Shown in pieces: positions 1-12,002 of a DNA stretch of 64,000 bases. The position numbers and the translations under genes are program-made. Under the pieces are notes generated by a model that saw only the letters and a list, made by a program, of their open reading frames with translations, was not told the origin of the DNA and searched no databases. Position 1 is the first letter of the stretch; every line of letters starts with the position of its first letter. This stretch comes from Eledone cirrhosa (lineage: Eukaryota), in the NCBI GenBank assembly GCA_964016885.1, contig OZ024741.1, positions 255,936,001 to 256,000,000 on the forward strand. Direction: 5' to 3'.

Positions 1-765
1 CGAGTGTTTCGACTTACGAGTGTTTCGACTTACGAGTGTTTCGACTTACGAGTGTTTCGACTTACGAGTGTTTTGGCTTACGAATGTTTTGACATACGGG
101 TGTTTCGGCTTACGAGTGTTTCGACTTACGAGTGTTTCGGCTTGCGAGTGTTTCGACTTACTAATGTTTTTACTTACGAGTTTTTCGGCGTACGAGTGTT
201 TCGACTTACGAGTGTTTCGACTTACGGGTGTTTTGCTTTAAGGGTGTTTCGACTTACAAGTGTTTCGACTTACGAGTGTTTCGACTTACGAGTGTTCTGA
301 CTTACGAGTGTTCTGATTTACGGATGTTTCGTCATACGAGTGTTTCGACTTACGAGTGTTTCGACTTACGAGTGTTTTGACTTACGGGTGTTTTGACATA
401 CGAGTGTTTCGATACGAGTGTTTCGACTTACGAGTGTTCTGACTTACGAGTGTTCTGACTTACGAGTGTTCTGACTTACGAGTGTTCTGATTTACGAGAG
501 TTCCGACTTACGAGTGTTTCGACTTACGAGTGTTTCGACTTACGAGTGTTCCGACTTACGGGTGTTTCGACTTACGAGTGGTTTGGCTTACGGTGTTTCG
601 GCTTACGAGTGTTTCGAGTTACGAGTGTTTTGACTTACGCGTGTTTGACATACGAGTGTTTCGATACGAGTGTTCTGACTTACGAGTGTTCTGACTTACG
701 AGTGTTCCGACTTTACGAGTGTTTCGGCTCACGAGTGTTTCGGCTTACGAGTGTTTCGACTTACA

Positions 766-842
766 AAAATAACAAATAGACGCGGTTTCAAATCTCTATG
801 AATTTCAAATTCATTACATTAATCTTTATTTATACGTTTCGC
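766..842. repeat. 77-bp AT-rich interspersed element, copy 1 (most divergent)
   Basis: Matches the element consensus except ATGAATTTC for ATGCTTTTC. The preceding monomer end reads TTACA instead of TTACG. Confidence 0.95.
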
Positions 843-3800
843 TTTACGAGTGTTTCGACTTACGAGTGTTTCGACATACGAGTGTTTCGACTTCCGAATG
901 TTTTCGCTTACGGGTGTTTCGACTTACGAATGTTTCGGCTTACGAGTGTTTCGGCTTACGAGTGTTCCGACTTAGGAGTGTTTCGGCTTACGGGTGTTTC
1001 CGGCTTACGAGTGTTTCGACTTTAGAGTGTTTCGACTTTAGAGTGTTTTGACTTACGGTGTTTCGGCTTACGAGTGATTCGACTTACGAGTGTTTTGACT
1101 TACGAGTGTTTCGACTTACGAGTGTTTTGACTTACGAATGTTTTGACTTACGGGTGTTTCGGCTTACGAGTGTTTCGACTTACGAGTGTTTCGGCTTGCG
1201 AGTGTTTCGACTTACTAATGTTTTTACTTACGAGTGTTTAGGCGTACGAGTGTTTCGACTTACGAGTGTTTCGACTTACGGGTGTTTTGACTTACGGGTG
1301 TTTCGGCTTACCAGTGTTTCGACTTACGAGTGATTTGACTTACGAGTGTTTCGGATTACGAGTGTTTTGACTTCAGGGTGTTTAGACTTACGAGTGTTTC
1401 GATACGAGTGTTTCGACTTACGAGTGTTCTGACTTACGAGTATTCTGATTTACGGATGTTTCGACACACGAGTGTTTCGAATTACGAGTGTTTCGACTTA
1501 CGAGTGTTTTGACTTACGGGTGTTTTGACATACGAGTGTTTCGATACGAGTGTTTCGACTTATGAGTGTTTCGACTTACGAGTGTTCTGACTTACGAGTG
1601 TTCTGACTTACGAGTGTTCTGATTTACGGATGTTTCGACACACGAGTGTTTCGATACGAGTGTTTCGACTTACGAGTGTTTCGACTTATGAGTGTTTCGA
1701 CTTACGAGTGTTCTGACTTACGAGTGTTCTGACTTACGAGTGTTCCGACTTACGAGTGTTTCGGTTTACGAGTGTTTCGACATACGAGTGTTTTGACTTA
1801 CGGGTGTTTCGACTTACGGGTGTTTCGACTTACGAGTGTTTTGGCTTACGAGTGTTTCGACTTACTAATGTTTTTACTTACGAGTGTTTCGGTGTACGAA
1901 TGTTTTGACTTAAGGATGTTTCGACTTACGAGTGTTTCGACTTACGAGTGTTTCGGCTTACGTGAGTTTCGACTTAAGATTGTTCTGATTTACGAGTGTT
2001 CTGACTTACGAGTGTTTCGGCTTATGAGTGTTTCGACTTACGAGTGTTTCGGCTTACGAGTGTTTCGACTTATGGGTGTTTCGAATTACGAGTGTTTTTA
2101 CTTACGGTGTTTCGGCTTACGAGTGTTTCGACATACGAGTGTTTTGACTTACGGGTGTTTCGGCTTACGAGTGTTTCGACTTACGAGTGTTTTGACTTAC
2201 GGGTGTTTCGACTTACGAGTATTTTTGGCTTACGAGTGTTTCGACTTACGAGTGTTTTGACTTACGAGTGTTCTGATTTACGGATGTTTCGACATACGAG
2301 TGTTTCGACTTACGAGTGTTTCGACTTATGAGTGTTTCGACTTACGAGTGTTTCGGCTTACGAGTGTTTCGACTTACGAGTGTTTTGACTTACGGTGTTT
2401 CGGCTTACGAGTGTTTCGACTTACGAGTGTTTTGACTTACGGGTGATTTGACATACGAGTGTTTCGATACGAGTGTTCTGACTTACGAGTGTTTTGACTT
2501 ACGAGTGTTCTGACTTACGAGTGTTCTGACTTACGAGTGTTCCGACTTACGAGTGTTCCGACTTACGAGTGTTTCGGCTTACGAGTGTTTCCGGCTTACG
2601 AGTGTTTCGACTTCCGAGTGTTTTGACTTACGGTGTTTCGGCTTACGAGTGATTCGACTTACGAGTGTTTTGACTTACGGGTGATTTGACTTACGGGTGT
2701 TGTGAATTACGAGTGTTCCGATTTACGAGTGTTTTGACTTACGGTGTTTCGGCTTACGAGTGATTCGACTTACGAATGTTTTGACTTACGGGTGTTTCGG
2801 CTTGCGAGTGTTTCGACTTACGAGAGTTTCGGCTTATGGGTGTTTCGACTTACTAATGTTTTTACTTACGAGTGTTTCGGCGTACGAGTGTTTTGACTTA
2901 CGAGTGTTTCGACTTACGAGTGTTTCGACTTACGAGTGTTTCGGCTTACGTGAGTTTCGACTTAAGAGTGTTCTGATTTACGAGTGTTCTGACTTGCGGG
3001 TGTTCTGATTTACGAGTGTTCCGACTTACGAGTGTTTCGGCTTATTAGTGTTTCGACTTACGAGTGTTTCGGCTTACGAGTGTTTCGACTTATGGGTGTT
3101 TCGACTTACGAGTGTTTTTACTTACGGTGTTTCGGCTTACGAGTGTTTCGACATACGAGTGTTTTGACTTACGGGTGTTTCGACTTACGAGTGTTTTGAC
3201 TTACGAATCTTTTGACTTACGGGTGTTTCGGCTTACGAGTGTTTCGACTTACGAGTGTTTCGGCTTACGAGTGTTTCGACTTATGGGTGTTTCGACTTAC
3301 GAGTGTTTTTACTTACGGTGTTTCGGCTTACGAGTGTTTCGACATACGAGTGTTTTGACTTACGGGTGTTTCGACTTACGAGTGTTTTGACTTACGAGTG
3401 TTTCGACTTATGACTGTTTCGACTTACGAGTGTTTCGGCTTATGAGTGTTTCGACTTACGAGTGCTTCGGCTTACGAGTGTTTCGACTTACGAGTATTTC
3501 GGCTTTCGAGTGTTTCGACGTAAGAATGTTTTGGCTTACGAGTGTTTCGGCTTATGAGTGTTTCGGCTTACGAGTGTTTCGACTTACGAGTGTTTCGGCT
3601 TACGAGTGTTTCAGTGTTTCGGCTTACGTGTGTTTCGACTTACGAGTGTTTCGACTTACGACTGTTTCGGCTTACGAGTGTTTCGGCTTACGACTGTTTC
3701 GACTTACGAGTGTTTTGACTTACGAATGTTTTGACTTACGGGTGTTTCGGCTTACGAGTGTTTCGACTTACGAGTCTTTCGGCTTACGAGTGTTTCGACT

Positions 3801-6616
3801 TACTAATGTTTTTACTTACGAGTGTTTCGGCGTACGAGTGTTTCGACTTACGAGTGTTTCGATTTACGGGTGTTTTGACTTACGGGTGTTTCGGCTTACG
3901 AGTGTTTTGACTTACGAGTGTTTTGACTTAAGGGTGTTTCGACTTACGAGTATTTTTGGCTTACGAGTGTTTCGACTTACGAGTGTTTTGACTTACGAGT
4001 GTTCTGATTTACGGATGTTTCGACATACGAGTGTTTCGACTTACGAGTGTTTCGACTTACTAATGTTCTTACGAGTGTTTCGGCGTACGAGAGTTTTGAC
4101 TTACGAGTGTTTCGACTTATGAGTGTTTCGACTTACGAGTGTTTTGACTTACGAATGTTTTGACTTACGGGTGTTTCGGCTTACGAGTGTTTCGACTTAC
4201 GAGTCTTTCGGCTTACGAGTGTTTCGACTTACTAATGTTTTTACTTACGAGTGTTTCGGCGTACGAGTGTTTCGACTTACGAGTGTTTCGACTTACGGGT
4301 GTTTTGACTTACGGGTGTTTCGGCTTACGAGTGTTTTGACTTACGAGTGTTTTGACTTAAGGTTGTTTCGACTTACGAGTATTTTTGGCTTACGAGTGTT
4401 TCGACTTACGAGTGTTTTGACTTACGAGTGTTCTGATTTACGGAAGTTTCGACATACGAGTGTTTCGACTTACGAGTGTTTCGACTTATGAGTGTTTCGA
4501 CTTACGAGTGTTTCGGCTTATGAGTGTTTCGACTTACGAGTGCTTCGGCTTACGAGTGTTTCGACTTACGAGTATTTCGGCTTACGAGTGTTTCGACGTA
4601 CGAATGTTTTGGCTTACGAGTGTTTCGGCTTATGAGTGTTTCGGCTTACGAGTGTTTCGACTCACGAGTGTTTCGGCTTACGAGTGTTTCAGTGTTTCGG
4701 CTTACGTGTGTTTCGACTTACGATTGTTTCGACTTACGACTGTTTCGGCTTACGAGTGTTTCGGCTTGCGAGTGTTTCGGCTTACGAGTGTTTTGACTTA
4801 CGAGTGTTTTGACTTACGATTGTTTGGCTTACGAGTGTTCGGACTTACGGGTGTTCTGACTTTCGAATGTTCCGACTTACGAGTGTTTCGGCTTGTGAGG
4901 GTTTCGACTTACGAGTGCTTCGGTTTACGAGTGTTTCGACTTACGAGTGTTTCGGCTTACGAGTGTTTCGACTTACGAGTGTTTCGACTTACGAGTGTTT
5001 TGACTTACGGTGTTTCGGCTTACGAGTCTTTCGACATACGAGTGTTTTGACGTACGGGTGTTTCGACTTACGGGTCTTTCGACTTAAGAGTGTTTCGACT
5101 TACGAGCGCTTCGACTTACGAGTGTTTCGACTTACGAGTGTTTCGGCGTATGAGTGTTTTGACTTACGAGTGTTTCGACTTACGAGTGTTTCGAATTACG
5201 AGTGTTTCGACTTACGAGTGTTTTGACTTACGAGTGTTTTGACTTCGGTGTTTCTGCTTACGAGTGTTTCGACTTACGAGTGTTATGACTTACGGGTGTT
5301 TTCACATACGAGTGTTTCGACTTACGAGTGTTTTGACTTACGGGTGTTTTGACATACGAGTGTTTCGATACGAGTGTTCTGACTTACGAGTGTTCTGACT
5401 TACGAGTGTTCTGACTTACGAGTGTTTCGACATACGAGTGTTTTGACTTACGGGTGTTTCGACTTACGAGTGTTTTCACTTACGAATGTTTTGACTTACG
5501 GGTGTTTCGGCTTACGAGTGTTTCGACTTACGAGTGTTTCGGCTAACGAGTGTTTCGACTTACTAATATTTTTACTTACGAGTGTTTCGGCGTACGAGAG
5601 TTTTGACTTACGCGTGTTTCGACTTGCGAGTGTTTCGACTTACGAGTATTTTGACTTACGAATGTTTTGACTTACGGGTGTTTCGGCTTACGAGTGTTTC
5701 GACTTACGAGTCTTTCGGCTTACGAGTGTTTCGACTTACTAATGTTTTTACTTACGAGTGTTTCGGCGTACGAGTGTTTCGACTTCTGAGTGTTTCGACT
5801 TACGGGTGTTTTGACTGACGGGTGTATCGGCTTACGAGTGTTTTGACTTACGAGTGTTTTGACTTAAGGGTGTTTCGACTTACGAGTATTTTTGGCTTAC
5901 GAGTGTTTCGACTTACGAGTGTTTTGACTTACGAGTGTTCTGATTTACGGATGTTTCGACATACGAGTGTTTCGACTTACGAGTGTTTCGACTTATGAGT
6001 GTTTCGACTTACGAGTGTTTCGACTTACGAGTGTTTCGGCTTGTGATTGTTTTGACTTACGAGTGTTTTGACTTACGGTGTTTCAGCTTACGAGTGTTTC
6101 GACTTACGAGTGTTTTGACTTACGGGTGTTTTGACATACGAGTGTTTCGATACGAGTGTTCTGACTTACGAGTGTTCTGACTTACGAGTGTTTTGACTTA
6201 CGAGTGTTCTGACTTACGAGTGTTCCGACTTACGAGTGTTCCGACTTACGAGTGTTTCGGCTTACGAGTGTTTTGACTTAAGGGTGTTTCGACTTACGAG
6301 TGTTTCGATACGAGTGTTTCGACTTACGAGTGTTTCGGCTTACGAGTGTTTCGACTTACGAGTGTTTCGACTTACGAGTGTTCCGACTTACGGGTGTTTC
6401 GACTTACGAGTGTTTTGGCTTACGGTGTTTCGACTTACGAGTGTTTCGAGTTAAGAGTGTTTTGACTTACGAGTGTTCTGATTTACGAGTGTTCTGACTT
6501 ACGAGTGTTCTGACTTACGAGTGTTCTGACTTACGAGTGTTCTGACTTACGAGTGTTCCGACTTTACGAGTGTTTCGGCTCACGAATGTTTCGGCTTACG
6601 AGTGTTTCGACTTACG

Positions 6617-6693
6617 AAAATAACAAATAGACGCGGTTTCAAATCTCTATGCTTTTCAAATTCATTACATTAATCTTTATTTATACGTTTCGC
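6617..6693. repeat. 77-bp AT-rich interspersed element, copy 2 (consensus)
   Basis: AAAATAACAAATAGACGCGGTTTCAAATCTCTATGCTTTTCAAATTCATTACATTAATCTTTATTTATACGTTTCGC, between TTACG and TTTACGAGTG. Confidence 0.95.
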
Positions 6694-9600
6694 TTTACGA
6701 GTGTTTCGACTTACGAGTGTTTCGACATACGAGTGTTTCGACTTACGAATGTTTTTGCTTACGGGTGTTTCGACTTACGAATGTTTTTGCTTACGAGTGT
6801 TTCGGTTTACGAGTGTTCCGACTTACGAGTGTTCCGACTTACGAGTGTTTCGGCTTACGAGTGTTTCCGGCTTACGAGTGTTTCAACTTACGAGTGTTCT
6901 GACTTACGAGTGTTCTGACTTACGGATGTTTCGACACACGAGTGTTTCGAATTACGAGTGTTTCGATTTACGAGTGTTTTGACTTACGGGTGTTTTGACA
7001 TACGAGTGTTTCGATACGAGTGTTTCGACTTACGAGTGTTCTGACTTACGAGTGTTCTGATTTACGGATGTTTCGACATACGAGTGTTTCGACTTACGAG
7101 TGTTTCGACTTATGAGTGTTTCGACTTACGAGTGTTTTGACTTACGGTGTTTCGGCTTACGAGTGTTTCGACTTACGAGTGTTTTGACTTACGGGTGTTT
7201 TGGCATACGAGTGTTTCGATACGAGTGTTCTGACTTACGAGTGTTCTGACTTACGAGTGTTCTGACTTACGAGTGTTCTGACTTACGAGTGTTCTGATTT
7301 ACGGATGTTTGGACATACGAGTGTTTCGACTTACGAGTGTTTCGACTTATGAGTGTTTCGACTTACGAGTGTTTCGGCTTACGAGTGTTTCGACTTACGA
7401 GTGTTTTGACTTACGGTGTTTCGGCTTATGAGTGTTTCGACTTACGAGTGTTTTGACTTACGGCTGTTTTGACATACGAGTGTTTCGATACGAGTGTTCT
7501 GACTTACGAGTGTTCTGACTTACGAGTGTTTTGACTTACGAGTGTTCTGACTTACGGGTGTTTCGACTTACGAGTATTTTTGGCTTACGAGTGTTTCGAC
7601 TTACGAGTGTTTTGACTTACGAGTGTTCTGATTTACGGATGTTTCGACATACGAGTGTTTCGACTTACGAATGTTTCGACTTATGAGTGTTTCGACTTAC
7701 GAGTGTTTCGGCTTACGAGTGTTTCGACTTACGAGTGTTTTGACTTACGGTGTTTCGGCTTACGAGTGTTTCGACTTACGAGTGTTTTGACTTACGGGTG
7801 TTTTGACATACGAGTGTTTCGATACGAGTGTTCTGACTTACGAGTGTTTTGACTTACGAGTGTTCTGACTTACGAGTGTTCCGACTTACGAGTGTTCCGA
7901 CTTACGAGTGTTTCGGCTTACGAGTGTTTCCGGCTTACGAGTGTTTCGACTTCCGAGTGTTTTGACTTACGGTGTTTCGGCTTACGAGTGATTCGACTTA
8001 CGAGTGTTTTGACTTACGGGTGATTTGACTTACTGGTGTTGTGAATTTCGAGTGTTCCGATTTACGAGTGTTTTGACTTACGGTGTTTCGGCTTACGAGT
8101 GATTCGACTTACGAATGTTTTGACTTACGGGTGTTTCGGCTTGCGAGTGTTTCGACTTACGAGTGTTTCGGCTTATGGGTGTTTCGACTTACTAATGTTT
8201 TTACTTACGAGTGTTTCGGCGTACGAGTGTTTTGACTTACGAGTGTTTCGACTTACGAGTGTTTCGACTTACGAGTGTTTCGACTTACGAGTGTTTCGGC
8301 TTACGTGAGTTTCGACTTAAGAGTGTTCTGATTTACGAGTGTTCTGACTTGCGGGTGTTCTGATTTACGAGTGTTCCGACTTACGAGTGTTTCGGCTTAT
8401 TAGTGTTTCGACTTACGAGTGTTTCGGCTTACGAGTGTTTCGACTTATGGGTGTTTCGACTTACGAGTGTTTTTACTTACGGTGTTTCGGCTTACGAGTG
8501 TTTCGACATACGAGTGTTTTGACTTACGGGTGTTTCGACTTACGAGTGTTTTGACTTACGAATGTTTTGACTTACGGGTGTTTCGGCTTACGAGTGTTTC
8601 GACTTACGAGTGTTTAGGCTTACGAGTGTTTCGACTTACTAATGTTCTTACGAGTGTTTCGGCGTACGAGAGTTTTGACTTACGAGTGTTTCGACTGACG
8701 AGTGTTTCGACTTACGAGTGTTTTGACTTACGAATGTTTTGACTTACGGGTGTTTCGGCTGACGATTGTTTCGACTTACGAGTCTTTCGGCTTACGAGTG
8801 TTTCGACTTACTAATGTTTTTACTTACGAGTGTTTCGGCGTACGAGTGTTTCGACTTACGAGTGTTTCGACTTACGGGTGTTTTGACTTACGGGTGTTTC
8901 GGCTTACGAGTGTTTTGACTTACGAGTGTTTTGACTTAATGGTGTTTCGACTTACGAGTATTTTTGGCTTACGAGTGTTTCGACTTACGAGTGTTTTGAC
9001 TTACGAGTGTTCTGATTTACGGATGTTTCGACATACGAGTGTTTCGACTTACGAGTGTTTCGACTTATGAGTGTTTCGACTTACGAGTGTTTCGGCTTAT
9101 GAGTGTTTCGACTTACGATTGCTTCGGCTTACGAGTGTTTCGACTTACGAGTATTTCGGCTTACGAGTGTTTCGACGTACGAATGTTTTGGCTTACGAGT
9201 GTTTCGGCTTATGAGTGTTTCGGCTTACGAGTGTTTCGACTTACGAGTGTTTCGGCTTACGAGTGTTTCAGTGTTTCGGCTTACGTGTGTTTCGACTTAC
9301 GAGTGTTTCGACTTACGAGTGTTTTGACTTACGAGTGTTCTGATTTACGGATGTTTCGACATACGAGTGTTTCGACTTACGAGTGTTTCGACTTATGAGT
9401 GTTTCGACTTACGAGTGTTTCGACTTACGAGTGTTTCGGCTTGTGATTGTTTCGACTTACGAGTGTTTTGACTTACGGTGTTTCAGCTTACGAGTGTTTC
9501 GACTTACGAGTGTTTTGACTTACGGGTGTTTTGACATACGAGTTTCGATACGAGTGTTCTGACTTACGAGTGTTCTGAGTTACGAGTGTTTTGACTTACG

Positions 9601-10014
9601 AGTGTTCTGACTTACGAGTGTTCCGACTTACGAGTGTTCCGACTTACGAGTGTTTCGGCTTACGAGTGATTTGACTTAAGGGTGTTTCGACTTACGAGTG
9701 TTTCGATACGAGTGTTTCGACTTACGAGTGTTTCGGCTTACGAGTGTTTCGACTTACGAGTGTTTCGACTTACGAGTGTTCCGACTTACGGGTGTTTCGA
9801 CTTACGAGTGTATTGGCTTACGGTGTTTCGACTTACGAGTGTTTCGAGTTAAGAGTGTTTTGACATACGAGTGTTCTGATTTACGAGTGTTCTGACTTAC
9901 GAGTGTTCTGACTTACGAGTGTTCTGACTTACGAGTGTTCTGACTTACGAGTGTTCCGACTTTACGAGTGTTTCGGCTCACGAGTGTTTCGGCTTACGAG
10001 TGTTTCGACTTACG

Positions 10015-10091
10015 AAAATAACAAATAGACGCGGTTTCAAATCTCTATGCTTTTCAAATTCATTACATTAATCTTTATTTATACGTTTCGC
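10015..10091. repeat. 77-bp AT-rich interspersed element, copy 3
   Basis: Matches consensus; internal ATG at 10047. Confidence 0.95.
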
Positions 10092-10273
10092 TTTACGAGT
10101 GTTTCGACTTACGAGTGTTTCGACATACGAGTGTTTCGGCTTACGAGTGTTTTGATTTACGAGTGTTTTGACTTACGGGTGCTTCGACTTACGCGTGTTT
10201 CGACTTACGAGTGTTTCGACTTACGAGTGTTTCGACTTACGAGTGTTTCGGCTTACGAGTGTTTCGACTTACG

Positions 10274-10350
10274 AAAATAACAAATAGACGCGGTTTCAAA
10301 TCTCTATGCTTTTCCAATTCATTACATTAATCTTTATTTATACGTTTCGC
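10274..10350. repeat. 77-bp AT-rich interspersed element, copy 4
   Basis: One substitution (TTTTCCAATTC); 259 bp after copy 3. Confidence 0.95.
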
Positions 10351-11925
10351 TTTACGAGTGTTTCGACTTACGAGTGTTTTGACTTACGAATGTTTTGACT
10401 TACGATTGTTTCGGCTTACGAGTGTTTCGACTTACGAGTGTTCTGACTACGAGTGTTCTGACTTACGGGTGTTCTGACTTACGAGTGTTCCGACTTACGA
10501 GTGTTTCGGCTTATGAGTGTTTCGACTTACGAGTGCTTCGACTTACGAGTGTTTCGGCTTACGGGTGTTTCGACTTACGAATGTTTTTGCTTACGAGTGT
10601 TTCGGCTTACGAGTGTTTCGGCTTATGAGTGTTTCGACTTACGAGTGTTTTGACTTACGGGTGTTTTGACATACGAGTGTTTCGATACGATTGTTCTGAC
10701 TTACGAGTGTTTCCGCTTACGAGTGTTTCGGCTTACGAGTGTTTCGACTTACTAATGTTTTTACTTACGAGTGTTTCGGTGTACGAGTGTTTCGACTTAA
10801 GGATGTTTCGACTTACGAGTGTTTCGACTTACGAGTGTTTCGACTTACGAGTGTTTCGACTTACGAGTGTTTTGGCTTACGAATGTTTTGGCTTACGAAT
10901 GTTTTGACTTACGGGTGTTTCGACTTACGAGTGTTTCGACTTATGAGTGTTTGGACTTACGAGTGTTTCGGCTTATGAGTGTTTCGACTTACGAGTGCTT
11001 CGGCTTACGAGTGTTTCGACTGACGAGTATTTCGGCTTACGAGTGTTTCGACGTACGAATGTTTTGGCTTACGAGTGTTTCGGCTTATGAGTGTTTCGGC
11101 TTACGAGTGTTTCGACTTACGAGGGTTTCGGCTTACGAGTGTTTCAGTGTTTCGGCTTACGTGTGTTTCGACTTACGAGTGTTTCGACTTACGACTGTTT
11201 CGGCTTACGAGTGTTTCGGCTTACGAGTGTTTCGGCTTACGAGTGTTTTGAATTACGATTGTTTGGCTTACGAGTGTTCTGACTTACGGGTGTTCTGACT
11301 TACGAGGGTTCCGACTTACGAGTGTTTCGGCTTATGAGGGTTTCGACTTACGAGTGTTTCGGCTTACGAGTGTTTCGACTTACGAGTATTTCGGCTTACG
11401 AGTGTTTCGACTTACGAGTGTTTTGACTTACGGTGTTTCGGCTTACGAGTGTTTCGACATACGAGTGTTTTGACGTACGGGTGTTTCGACTTACGGGTCT
11501 TTCGACTTAAGAGTGTTTCGACTTACGAGCGCTTCGACTTACGAGTGTTTCGACTTACGAGTGTTTCGGCGTATGAGTGTTTTGACTTACGAGTGTTTCG
11601 ACTTACGAGTGTTTCGACTTACGAGTGTTTCGAATTACGAGTGTTTCGACTTACGAGTGTTTTGACTTACGAGTGTTTTGACTTACGGTGTTTCTGCTTA
11701 CGAGTGTTTCGACTTACGAGTGTTATGACTTACGGGTGTTTTGACATACGAGTGTTTCGATAGGAGTGTTCTGACTTACGAGTGTTCTGACTTACGAGTG
11801 TTCTGACTTACGAGTGTTCTGACTTACGAGTGTTCTGACTTACGAGTGTTCTGACTTACGAGTGTTCCGACTTTACGAGTGTTTCGGCTCACGAGTGTTT
11901 CGGCTTACGAGTGTTTCGACTTACG

Positions 11926-12002
11926 AAAATAACAAATAGACGCGGTTTCAAATCTCTATGCTTTTCAAATTCATTACATTAATCTTTATTTATACGTTTC
12001 GC
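11926..12002. repeat. 77-bp AT-rich interspersed element, copy 5
   Basis: Matches consensus; internal ATG at 11958. Confidence 0.95.

Noticed and set aside
1-32. Dyad symmetry in the monomer (CGA-N5-TCG, TCG-N5-CGA, TCGA palindrome) as hairpin or cruciform former
   Set aside because: Stems are only 3 bp, too short for stable structure and likely by chance.
1800-1830. CENP-B box in the variant TTTCGACTTACGGG
   Set aside because: The canonical core is TTCG-N4-A-N2-CGGG, with 7 nt between the blocks. Here there are only 5 nt.
6617-6693. The 77-bp element as a tRNA, other structured RNA, or an actively transposing MITE
   Set aside because: tRNA-like length only: no cloverleaf stems or A/B boxes, no terminal inverted repeats, and no variable insertion sites. 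All copies share the same junctions.
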